This document shows positions 27,901 through 40,157 of a stretch of DNA of 64,000 nucleotides, in pieces. The stretch's first letter is position 1; each line of letters starts with the position of its first letter. Origin of the DNA: Camelus dromedarius (lineage: Eukaryota); contig NC_087437.1 of assembly GCF_036321535.1 (NCBI RefSeq), forward strand, positions 65,536,001 through 65,600,000. Reading direction: 5' to 3'. The notes under the pieces were generated by a model. It was not told where the DNA came from. It saw only the letters and a list, made by a program, of their open reading frames with translations, and ran no database searches. The position numbers were made by a program, and so were the translations under genes.

Positions 27901-29267
27901 ATATTGTTTGCTTATTTCTTTCAGTAATATTCATTTCAAATAGAAATTAGGTATATATAAAACATAAATTCTAGAGTTCTCAGAAAGTCTGCAGTTTTGT
28001 CTACATGAGATGATAAATTATTTACTTTTTATTCAGATATTTGGCATTTAAGTAGTATAAAGAAAACTTGTAAGGTTGGAGATTCACTATAATATTCCCT
28101 TTTTTTTGTTCTGCCTACGTCTTCACAATGAGCCTTCTGATCAATTCCAGGAACCTGTTCCATAGCCAGAGCAATCATGATTCCTATATATGAAATCTGG
28201 GAATTTATGAGTCTTCTATCCACAGCATTATCACTTTTTCTAGTTTGGCCTACTTATGCTCCTAAACCACTCTTAAAAAGCCAGGTGGGGTAAGTTTACA
28301 GTTATTCCTTGTCAGAACTTGTGTTAAATCATAGTATTTCCTAGAATTTACTCAGAAGAGGAGCTCATTAATTGTTAGTAGAGCAGGACAGAATTCTGAT
28401 GCCTGGCAGACAAACCAATTAAAAAAAAAGAGGAAATGTAAATGACAAACTCCAAAAAAAAGATTCCATCTTGCACCTCTTCTATAAGAGTGAATATTCA
28501 ATCTGTCAAACTTACATTTTCAATCTAGCTCATTGACTTTCTCCACACCAAATTTTGTCTATTCAAAAGAAGTATTCTGCTGAAGGCACCTTGCACACTA
28601 CATCCAAAGAACTAGAAGTCTTGTTATTACATACATATTTACAAAGTTAACTGGTAATCTAATTAAAGTGTAACATATAGGATATTGGACAATTCTGATT
28701 TAATCCTAAAGTATAGAATTGCTGTTGCCAGGAGATTTTTAATAATGCTCCACAGGAAATAAATTGACGGTCATGTTTCTAGGCAATAAATATTGATCAA
28801 TTTTCAATTCAATTTATGTAGAAAGAGGAAATTTGTTTTCAAAAGGACTTATGATCACCCTTTCTGAATACAGGGAGAGTAGGAAAAAATGTGGATCCCA
28901 TAAAAGTAGACACAAATATAGAAGTTCAGTTCGAAAAGGAGCAAACTTCAATATTACGCAGTCATTTTCCAGGTTAAGAAAAAAAGTCTAAGGACTGCCA
29001 GGTTTCAGTAATGAGATCTTCAGCAAGAGGCAAAATTCCAAAACAGACCAGACTGACTGTACAGAATGCACAAGCACAATGGAATACATGAAGGTGATCC
29101 AAGCAGATTTATAAATATTCCTTGAACCTATACTACTCGATTCCTCATTCTAATTGATTAGAAACTACATCCTTGTTGACAAAAGGCTCTCATCTTATGT
29201 CCAATGTCCAACTGCTGGATAGTGGTTAAACAAATAAGAATCCCAGACTTAAACTAAACCCAATAAA

Positions 29268-29960
29268 AACACCAATCTGAAAAGATAGATGCACCCCATG
29301 TTCATTGCTGCATTATTCACAGAAGCCAAGACATGGGAACAACCTAAGTGTCCATCGACAGATGAATGGATAAAGATGTGGTATACATAAAAAGAATGAA
29401 ATCTTGCTGTTTGTGATCACATGGATGGAGCTTTTGCTAAGTGAAATAAGTCAGACAGAAAGACAAGTGCTATATGATCTCACATGTGGTATCTAAAAAA
29501 ACAAAACAAATGAACATAACAAAACAGAAACAGAGTCATGGATATAGAGAACAAACAAGTGGTTGTCAGAGAGGAGGAAGGTAAAATAAGTGAGAGAAAT
29601 TAAGAGGTACAAACTTCCAGTTACAAAATAAATGAGTCATATGGATGAAATGTATAGCATAGGAAATATAGTCAATAATATAATATCTTTGTATGGTGAC
29701 AGATGATAACTAGACTTATCATGGTAATCATTATATACAGAAATACCAAATCATTACATTGTACACCAAGAACTAACATAGTGTTGTAGGTCAATATTTC
29801 TTTCTTTTATTTTGTATCTATATGAAATTATGGATGGTCACTAAACTTACTGTCATAATCATTTCATGATGTATGTAAGCCAAGTCATTATGCTGTGTAC
29901 CTTAAACTTACACAGTGCCATATGTCCATTTATCTCAACAAAACTGCAAGGAAAAAAAGA
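29268..29960 (+). mobile_element. 5'-truncated L1 3' end(s)
   Basis: ORF2 C-terminus (gcaccccatgttcattgctgcattattcac) and a 3'UTR to about 29797, followed by a second 3'UTR-like end with an A-tail at about 29950. Confidence 0.8.
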
Positions 29961-29964
29961 AATC

Positions 29965-30175
29965 GAAATCTAAGGACAACCAATCACAAAGAGCAAACCA
30001 GGCTTTCCCAAATAAATCAACTACTTAAGCTCCAGCCAATCAAATAATTCCTTGCTTTGCTTTCATGTCTTCTTATAAAAGTCTTGCCCCTGGCACCTAA
30101 CTGTGGAGCACTCCTAACCACTTCTGGTTGGCACTGCCCAATTCAAATTTTTGCTCAAATACACTCTTAAAATTT
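29965..30175 (+). mobile_element. ERV1-type LTR fragment
   Basis: Two CCAATC boxes, a TATAAAA box and a tgctcaaatacactcttaaaattt polyA-region motif. Confidence 0.55.
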
Positions 30176-31268
30176 AAAAAACGCAATGTGATTTACTTAA
30201 GATGATTGACACAGGTGAAATAGAGGGCATGATTACACTTGTGCTCTGCATTTGACAACCCTAGTGACCAATCAAATACCCTTTGGAACTTAATTTATTG
30301 TACTTAATAGTTACATTTTCATTTATAATGTATTTCTATCACCACCACTTGCAAGATCAAGGATTTTTTTATTATATGTGAGCCTTGGAAAAATAATATT
30401 GTTCCTATATCCACATTCACAATCATTCATCTATAGTAAATCATTAAGACATTCTTAGTCTCTCATGCATCAGCCATTTTTTCAACTTTACATTCTTTAT
30501 AAAAAGCACTGTCTTGATTATAACACCCTACTCTATTTCCTTCAAAGAACATAACGTCTAATAGGAGAGATAAATCAAATTGACAAGAAAAATAAAAGTA
30601 AAATGTGTTAATTACTATAAAGACTTCAAAGGATGGAGGAATTAATTTCTATAAGGGAAATCAAGGAAAGCTAATATAGAAAACTGTATTTGAATTGGGC
30701 CATTAAAGATCAAATAACTCTGTAATTTGATATATATGCTATGTAGCATATTAAATAAATAAAATACATGTTTCTCAAGCTTAAATAATAAACAGAACTT
30801 CAAAAAATTTGCTGATCCTCATTTTTTACTTTTATAACTTTAACTTATTTATAGAAATAAGATAAAATCCTCACACTTATGGCTCTTAACATACACATAG
30901 AACAAAAAAATACAAATCAAGTACAAATACATCTAGAATTCAAATGATATTAATTTACATGACAGATAAATTTTCACAAAAATAAAATAATTTCACCATA
31001 TGGATATGGCTCTGACTGCATAGGTTCTTTTGAATTTATGTCCATACTTATTCTGTGCTTCTCTTTCACCACTTGCCTCTGCTTGAATAACTTTAAGTTC
31101 TGTTCCACAGTACCGCAATACATAATTTTACAATCAACTGGCATGAACACATAATACCTGTGCATCGTCCACTTCTATATTTTTTATTAATCTATAACAA
31201 TTAAAATAATACTACTTAGTGCCAACATAATCATAAATGAAAATGTAACTTCACATATTGAAACTGTA

Positions 31269-32864
31269 TGGTTTGACGACTACAGAAGTTCCTTTAACAT
31301 TCGTTGTAAAGTTGGTTTGGTGGTGCTGAATCCTTTTAGCTTTTGTTTTATCTGTGAAGCTTTCGATTTCTCCAACAAATCTGAATGAGAGCCTTGTTGG
31401 ATAGAGTATTCTTGGTTGTAGGTTTTTCCCTTTCATCACTTTAAATATATCTTGACACTTTCTTTTGGCCTGTAGATGTCCACTAATCTGTCTTCTAGTT
31501 CATTGATCTGTTCTTCTGCCTCATTTAGTCTATTCTTGGTTCCTTCTAGTGTGTTTTTCATTTCAGTGATTTTACTCTTCAACTCTGTTTGGGTATTCTT
31601 TATATTTTCCAACTCTTTCCTAAAAACTTCACTCTGTGCATCTGTACTCTTCTTGAGGTCTCTGAACATCTTCGCCGTCATTATTTCAAACTCTTCCTCA
31701 GATAAATTGCCTATCTCCTCATCACTTATTTCTTCTTCTGGGAGTTTATCTTGTGCCTTGGCCTGGGAGATATTCCTCTGCCGTCTCATATTGTTTATCT
31801 ATTTGTATTTTTAGGTAGGTTAGTTACATTTCTCGACCTTGGAGAGGTGGCCCTCTGTGGGAGACATGCATCCCAGCAGTACACTCCTCTCATGTCACCC
31901 AAGGGCTAGGGTTCAGTGGTCCTAATGTAGAGTCTGGCCTGTGTTTGTGGATTCCTTCCACAAGCTTTGGGATTGTTGTTTTCTTATTTCTGGTATCTGC
32001 CCCTGGTGGATGAGGCTAGACTAGAGGCTTATGCAGATTTCCTGGCAGGAGGAGCAAGTGCCTGCACACTGCTGGGTGCTCGGTCCTGGACCTCTGGTGG
32101 GTAGGGTCATGTCTAGAGGCCTTTGTGGCTTAGGAAGTCTGCTGATGGGTGGGGCTGTTTTCCTACCCTATATGTTGTTTGGCCTGAGGCTTCTCTACAG
32201 GCTGTTGTATGGCGGTAGGTCTTGGTGCTGATGACCAATCAAGATGTCAGCCTCCAAAAAAGCTCATGTAGATGAACACTCCCAGAAGGTCCACCACCAG
32301 CTTTCATGGCCCCTGGGTGAGCCATAGCCATCCCCTACGTCCCCAGGAGACCCTCTAAAACCAGCAGGCAGGCCTGGCCCAGTTCCTATGAAATCACTCC
32401 CTCTGCCTTTGGACCTGGTGCACTCGAGATTCTGTGTATGCTTCCCAAGAGAATGAAGTCTCTGTTTCCCCCAGTTCCGTGGGGCTCCTGGAGCTAGGCC
32501 CCACTGGCCTTCAAAACGAGACGTCCTGGGGTCTCTTCCCACTCCCACTGCCAGAACCCTGGGGTAGGGAGACTGATGTGGGGCTTTAGAACTCTCACTC
32601 GTGTGAAAGGCCTCTGCAACTTAATTATTCTTCAGCTTATGGGTTGCCCACGGTGGGGTAAGGGGCCCAATTATATTGCAAGTACGCCACTCCTAACATC
32701 TCACTGTGTTTCCCTCTTTATGTTTCCAGTTGAAGATGATCTTCTTTGCTAGGTTCCAGTCTTTTTTTTTTATGGTTGTCTAGCAGTCAGTTGTGGTTTT
32801 GTTGTAGTTGTGAGGAGAGGCGAGCTTGTGGTCCTACCACTCATCCATCTTGGCTGGAAATTCC
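31269..32864 (-). mobile_element. L1 5'UTR plus ORF1 only (3'-truncated, internally deleted); same family as 14181-20410
   Basis: Reverse complement starts ggaatttccagccaagatggatgagtggtaggacc; ORF1 remnant 31436-31789 (EEEISDEEIGNLS); ends just after the ORF1 stop. Confidence 0.93.
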
Positions 32865-32884
32865 TATGAATACTGTTTTAAAAC

Positions 32885-33260
32885 TCTTTCTGGGTGATCT
32901 GATGCACAACCACAGTTAATAATCACTAAATTACAGCAACAGTTTAAAACTTTAGTATAGTTAAATATCTCATTAAAATTATTCCTAGATTCCAGCCACA
33001 CAAATTGTGACTCCATGGATGTGGGATGGAACATATGACTGATATTTTAACAAGTATCCTCAGTTCTTGCTATTTAAAATGAAGTCCACAGACCAGCAGC
33101 ATGGACATCACCTGGAAGCTTAGTAGAAATTCAGAATCTCAAACCTGACCCCAGAATTGGAAAATGCATTTTATGAAGAAACCCCAGGTGAGTCACAGAC
33201 ATATGAAAGTTTAGGAAGCACCTCTCTAGGTGATTCTGATACAGATGATTTATGAACTAC
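32885..33260. mobile_element. MER5-family hAT MITEs (a MER5A-like copy at about 33065-33228 nested in an older MER5)
   Basis: gtccacagaccagcagcatggacatcacctggaagcttagtagaaattcagaatctc...ccaggtgagtc...aaagtttaggaagcac. Confidence 0.7.
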
Positions 33261-33899
33261 TGGATGACTGCTACTTATTTACTCTTCAAGTTTTAGGATA
33301 AGAACCTAAATTACTAAGTTAGTAGTAGAGATAAAGCCTTGTAGTAGGAATAAAGCTATGTAGTCACCCCAAAACAGCTACTGATGGTTATAATAATCAT
33401 GATAATAAGAACAACAAAAGCCAGGGAAAGGAAAAGACAGCTACCCTAAGATTCCCTCAGCATCTTAAGTCAAAGACTGATATTTAGGAGTTTTAGTGGA
33501 AAAACCCAAACCATATAAAAGCAAAAATAAGGAATTAACATTTTTTAAGAGAAGGAGTCTGATAATTTTGGACAACTTGTACCAAGCTAGAATTATAGTG
33601 TAAGAGATAATATTAAATAGACAGTGAAAATTTAGTTAAATTTCACTCACTGACTTAATGGGCTTTAATTAACTAATCAGACAGTAAAGAAACTCACTTT
33701 TTTATCCATAACTAGCTGGAAAACTAACAAACATAAGTCAAATTTTAAAAAATAAGTCATATTCTCTGCATTTCCATAGGGAATAACATCATCATTTCTG
33801 GCAAATGCAACTCTGAGAAGTTTATTCTCATTCTCCTACAGTGAAAGAAATAACATTTTCTACCTTCATTAAAATTCATAGAACATTTAAATTTTTGAA

Positions 33900-36085
33900 G
33901 CAGAGAACTGAGTTAGTGGAGGCCACTTGGGTGCAGGAATGAGTCACAGGTCATCTAGTCAGGGTGATAAAAGTAGAAGTATAATGGGGAACCATAATCC
34001 CACCCCACCTAACAAATGCCTCTCCCTATCTCAGATGTTAGTAAAGGCCAGCTGGGAAACTGGAATTTCTATTCCCACCTTTAGTAACAAGAGGACATTT
34101 GCCCTTCCACTGCCAAAGCAATGTCAAAACAACCAACCCAAAACAGAAGGTTTAAAAAAGACCTAGGGTGTCATAACATTATACCAAAAATGTTCAGTTT
34201 GGATGTAAAAATCACTCATATCAAGAAACAGAAAAATCTCAATTTGAATGAAAAAAAATATATACCAATACCAAGATGATACAGATGTTAGAGTTTCCTG
34301 ATAAATATTTAAAAGAAGCTACATAAAAATGGAATAAATTATGAGTAAAATGAAATGAAAAAAATAGAAAGTCTCAGCAAAGAAAGACAAGATTAAAAAA
34401 AAAACAAATGCAAATTTTACCACTGAAAAGTATAAAAATATTAAAAACCTATGGGTAAGCTCAATAGCAGAATGGAGGAGACAAGAGTCAGTGAACTCAA
34501 ATATGAAACAATATAAATTATCCAATCTGTAAAACAGACTGAAAATTAATGTAAAAAAAAAAATCAGAGACTCAGAAACCTGTGGGACAAAAACAAAAGA
34601 TCTAACAATCATGTTCTCAGTGTACCAGAAGAAAAAGAAAAAAGATAGAACTGAAATAGTAGTTAAAAAAAAAATGTTTAAAAACTTCCCAAAATTGTCA
34701 AAAAGCAAAACAAAAGATTCAAGAAGCTGAAAAAAAAGGCCAAAAGGATAAACCCAAAGAAATATAACCAAGACAAATCATAGCCAAACATCTGAAAACT
34801 AAAAAAGAAATCTTGAAGGTAGAGAGAAACAACATTTTAACCACAAGGCAAAAAATTCCAATGTCAGCAAATTTCTCATCAGAAAATAGGGGGCCAAAAG
34901 GAAGTAGAACACTACTCAAGGGCTTAAAGAAAGGAACTGTTAACCTAGAAATCTATACACATCTAAAATATTCCTATATTTATCAGATGAAGGAAAACTA
35001 AGAACTTGTCACTAAAAGTCCAACTCTAAAAGAATGGTTAAAGGGAGTTCACTAAACAAAAAGGAATGACATAAGGAGGAATTTTTGAAGATCAAATGTG
35101 AAGAAAAAACAACAGAGAATAAAAGTATGGGTAAATATAATATGTTTTCCTTCTCCTTTTGAATTTTCTAAATTTTGTTTGATAGTTGAAGGAAAAATTA
35201 TAACACAGTCTGATTTGATACTAAAAATAGAGGAAAATTTATTATAAATGAGGGAAGTAAAGGGAAATGAAGGAAAAAGGGTCTCTATATTTCATTCAAA
35301 CTGGGAAAATGCAATAACTACAGACTATGGTAAGTTGTTTATATATAATGAAATGTCTACAGCAACCTCTAAAGAAGTAAAGTGATATAAAAAGACACTG
35401 AAAAATAAAGATTAAAGCAAAATGGAATTCTAAAAAACCTTCTTCAATAAAAAAACAGGAAGGCAAGAAAAAAAATACCAGGTAAGTGAAAAATAGAGAG
35501 ATAAGCATGCAACAAAAAATAAAATATCTTAAGTCCTAAGATATCAATAATGACAGAAAATATAAACATCAATTAAAATACAGATTCATGGGGTGAATTT
35601 AAAAAAAAAAGACCCAACTATACTATCTTCAAGAAACTCTCCTCAATTCTATTGACATAGGTAGGCTCAAAGTAAAAGGAAGGACAAAGATATATCATGC
35701 AAACATGAATCAAAAGAAAGCAGAAGAGGTTTTATATTAATATCAAATTTAAAAAGACTTCAGAGGTAAGGGAATGACCAGAGAGGGACATTTTGTAAAT
35801 ATAAAAAGGTCAACCCACCAAGAAGACACAGCAATCCTAAATGTGCATGCACCAAACAACAGGTTGCAAATTACATGAAGCAAAAACAGGTAAAACTGAA
35901 AAAAGGAAAAAAGAATCCATGATTCTATTAGGAGATTTCAACACGTGTCTCTAGCAAATCAGTAAGGATACAAAAGAACTCAACACAACCATCAACCAAC
36001 AGGAACTAATCAATATTTATAGAATAATCTGCCAAACAACAGCAAAATAGAAATTCTTTTCTAGCATCCACAAAATATAGACTAC
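33900..36085 (+). mobile_element. Old L1 (end of 5'UTR, ORF1, start of ORF2)
   Basis: Degenerate ORF1 (agacaaatcatagccaaacatctgaaaactaaa, atttctcatcagaaa) and EN-domain motifs (atatcatgcaaacatgaatcaaaagaaagc). Confidence 0.8.
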
Positions 36086-37280
36086 AATTTAGTCTCCTTA
36101 CTCATTATTATTCTGTTTAGATTTTCTATTTCTTCATTATTCAGTCTTGGTAAGTCAGATGTTTGCAGGAATATATCCATTTCTTCTAGATTATCCAGTT
36201 TTTTAGCACATACTTAATTGGTAGTAGTCTCTCATAATCCTTTGTATTTTTGTGCTATCAGTTATGATGTTTCCTCTTTCAATACTGATTTTATATACTT
36301 GAGTCCTGTCTCTTCTCATCTTAGTTAATTTAGCTAAATATTTATCTATTTTGTTTATCTTTTCAAAGAACCAGCTCTTAGTTTCATTAATCTTTTCTAT
36401 TGTTTTTCTGGCCTCTATTTCATTTATTTCTTCTATTATCTTTGTTATTTCCTTCATTCTGCTAACTTTGATTTAGTTTTTCCTTTATTTCTAGCACCTT
36501 AAAGTGTAAAGTGAAGTTACTGAGGTCTGTCTTGTTTTGTAATGTAGGCATTTATCACTATAAACTTCCCTCTTAGAACTGGTTTTGCAGACTCCCATAG
36601 GTTTTGATACATTGTGTCTCCAATTTCATTTGTTTCATGATATTTCTTGACTTCTCTATTGATTTTCTTCTTTGACCCACTGGTTGTCCAAGATTATGTT
36701 ATTTAATATCCACATTGTGAATTTTGCAGCTTTACCTCTGTTATTGATTTTTAGTTTCATACTGTTGTGTTCAGAAAAGATACTTGTTATAATTTCAATC
36801 TTCTTAAAGTTGCTAATCCTGAAGTATGTATGTTCCATGTGCACTTGAGAAGAATATGTATTCTGCTTCTGTTAAATGGAATATTCTGTGTATGTCTGTT
36901 AGATCCGTTTGGTCTAACATGTCATTGAGATTCATTGTTTGCACATTAATCTTCTGTCTAGATGGTTTATCCATTGCTCAAAGTGGATACTTAAGTCCCC
37001 TACTATTACTGCATTGCTGTCTATTTCTCCCTCCATATCTGCTAACAATTGCTTAATATATTTAGGTGCTCCAAAATTTGGTATGCATATGTTTACAATC
37101 ATTATACACTCTTGATAACTGACCCCTTCATCATTAAATAATTAATTCTTTGTCTCCTGTTACAGTGTTTGACTTACAGTATATTTTGCTGATACAGGTA
37201 TATCTACCCCTGAGTTTTTTGGTCTCCATTTACTTGAAATATCTTTTTCATTCCTTCACTTACAGCTTGGTAGTGTCCTT
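36086..37280 (-). mobile_element. Internal L1 ORF2 fragment, inverted relative to its neighbours
   Basis: Minus-strand ORF 36203-36457 (KINETKSWFFEKINKID); no 5' end or 3' tail. Confidence 0.88.
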
Positions 37281-37620
37281 AGTATATGTTATTTGAAAGT
37301 AGACTTACATTAATTGTGAATGCATATTACATTTACAAAGAAACCACTAAAAATCTTTTAAAAAAGTGTAACTGATCTGCTAGGAGAGAGACAATGAAAT
37401 CATGTAAAATACCTAATTAAAACCAAAGAAGGTAGGAAATGGGGAAGAAAGGAAATAAAGGATAAGTAATGTATAGGAAATAGTTATAAATGTGGTAGAT
37501 ATTAATTCAACTATTCAAAAATTACTTCACATGTGACAAATTAATAGAGATTTTCAAAGTGGATAAGAAAAATAACCAACTGTGTGTTATCTAAACAAAA
37601 ACTCTTAAAAATACTGACAC

Positions 37621-38225
37621 AGTATTCCACTCCTGGGTATTTAACCAAAGAAAATGAAAACACTAATTCAAAAAGATACATGCACCCCAATGTTCACAGC
37701 AAAATTATTTACAATAGCCAAGATATGGAAGCAACCTAAGTGTACATCAACAGATCAATGGACAAAGATGTGGGAGATATATACACTCTGCTATGACTTA
37801 GCTATAAAAAAAAAGAATGAAATTTTGCCATTTGTGACAACATGGATGGACTTGAACAGTATCGTACTTAGTGAACTAAGTCAGACAGAGAAAGACAAAT
37901 ATTGTATGTTTTCACTTATATGTGGAACTAAAAAACAAAACAAATGAACCAATATAACAAAACAGAAACAGACTCACAGATAGATAAACCAGTGATTCCC
38001 AGGGGGAGTAGAGTGGGGGAGGGGCAAAACAGCTGAAAGGAATTAAGAAGTACATATTATTAGGTAGAAAATAAAGAAAGATACAAGGATGTAATGTATA
38101 ATACAGGAAATGTAATCATTACTTTATAATAACTTTGTATAGAGTGTAATCTTTATATATCAATTTACAATGCTGTATACCTGAAACTAATACAACATTG
38201 TAAGTCAACTATATTTCACTAAACA
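37621..38225 (+). mobile_element. 5'-truncated L1 3' end nested in an older L1
   Basis: ORF2 C-terminus (KDTCTPMF) plus 3'UTR; degenerate TSD aaatactgacac (37609-37620) / aagtattgacac (38226-38237). The host EN region resumes and runs to about 38815. Confidence 0.85.
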
Positions 38226-38829
38226 AAGTATTGACACCAACAAGTTAAAAGTGAAACAGGAGGGGAAAGATATACCATGACAACACTAATCAAAATAAAG
38301 TTAAAGGAGCTATATTAACTTCAGACACAGCAGACATTAGAACAATAAGTATCATCAGTGATTAGGAAGGGCAAAAAATAATAATAAAAGGTCAATTCTC
38401 CAAGAAGACTTAACAGTTCTCAATGTATATTAAGAAATTATACCTAACAATAGAAATTAAATTACATGAGAAAAAATAATAGAAATTTACATTAAAAAGA
38501 AGAATCAATTAATATAGTTGGAGACTCCAACACCCAGGCAGAAAATCACCTAGAAGATAGGTGACCAGAACAGTAGCATCAATCGACTTGATCTAATCAA
38601 CATTTATAGATTACTCCAACTAAAAACAGTAATAAATATGCTGATCAGGCTCACATGAAATATTCACTAAGATAAACACATTCCAGTATAAAACACACCT
38701 TAACAAATTCTAATAATAGGAATTATACAAAGTGCATTCTCAAAACATGATGAAATTAAACTAGAAATCAAATGTAGAAATATAGCTGGAAAAATCCTCA
38801 AACATTTAGAGATTAAAATCCAAATAAAG

Positions 38830-39945
38830 TATGATAATAAACAAATAGGACCTAATGAAACTTACAAGCTTCAACACAGCAAAGGAAACCATGAGTAAAA
38901 CAAAAAGACAGCCTACAGAATGGGAGAAAATTTTTGCAAATGAAACTGACAAAGGCTTGATCTCCAGAATATATAAGCAGCTTATATGACTTAATAAGAA
39001 AAAAACAAACAACCCAATCCAAAAATGGGCAAAAGACCTAAACAAGCAATTCTCCAAGGAAGAAATGCAACTGATCAATAGGCACATGAAAAAATGCTAA
39101 ATATTACTAATTATCAGAGAAATGCAAATCAAAACTACAATGAGGTATCACCTCACACCAGTCAGAGTGGCCATCATTCAAAAGTCCACAAATGACAAAT
39201 GCTGGAGAGGCTGTGGAGAAAAGCAAACCCTCCTGCACTGCTGGTGGGAATGTAGTTTGGTGCAGCCACTGTGGAAAACAGTATGGAGATTCCTCAAAAG
39301 ACTAGGAATAGACTTACCATATGACCCAAGAATCCTGCTCCTGGGCTTATGATATCCAGAAGGAACCCTACTTCAAAATGACACCTGCACCCCAATGTTC
39401 ATAGCAGCACTATTTACAATAGCCAAGTCATGGAAACAGCCTAAGTGTCCATCAACAGATGACAGGATAAAGAAGAGGTGGTATATTTATACAATGGAAT
39501 ACTATTCAGCCATAAAAACCAACAACATAACGCCATTTGCAGCAACATGGATGTCCCTGGAAAATGTCATTCTAAGTGAAGTAAGCCAGAAAGAGAAAAA
39601 AAAATACCATACGAGATCACTCATATGTGGAATCTAAAAAAAAAAACAAACCCAAAACATAAATACAAAACAGAAACAGACTCATAGACATAGAATACAA
39701 ACTTGTGGTTGCCACAGGGTCAGGGGGTGGGAAGGGATATACTGGGATTTCAAAATGTAGATAGATAAACAAGATTATACTGTATAGCACAGGGAAATAT
39801 ATACAAGATCTTATGGTAGCTCACAGAGAAAAAATATGACAATGAATATATATATGTTCATGTATAACTGAAAAATTGTGCTCTACACTGGAATTTGACA
39901 CAACATTGTAAAATTATGATAAATCAATAAAAAATGTTAAAAAAA
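38830..39945 (+). mobile_element. Young 5'-truncated L1 (end of ORF2, 3'UTR, A-tail)
   Basis: Well-preserved ORF2 C-terminus ([21 protein letters not shown]); 3'UTR nearly identical to 54778-55020. Confidence 0.92.
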
Positions 39946-39949
39946 GAAA

Positions 39950-40157
39950 TGTTCATAAGATGATGATTAATCCACCTCTATATTCCTCTCCTTTAAAAAG
40001 AAAAAATCCTAACTCAAAAGCCAAGTTGGAGTGAATCTGAGACTTGTCTCCCACTTCCTTGCTTGGCACCCTGCAAATAAACCTTTACCTTCTATAAACA
40101 CTCATTGTCAGAGTTTGGCTTTCTGCACTGTGGACACACAAGCCTATGCTCAGTAAC
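39950..40157 (+). mobile_element. LTR 3' fragment
   Basis: tctcccacttccttgcttggcaccctgcAAATAAAcctttac...ggctttctgcactgtggac...ctcagtaaCA. Confidence 0.55.

Noticed and set aside
28029..28223. 64-aa ORF or extra STXBP5L exon
   Set aside because: No recognisable homology; the six exons already give a continuous tomosyn sequence.
30974..31165. 63-aa ORF in unique-looking DNA
   Set aside because: No recognisable domain or convincing splice sites; consistent with chance.
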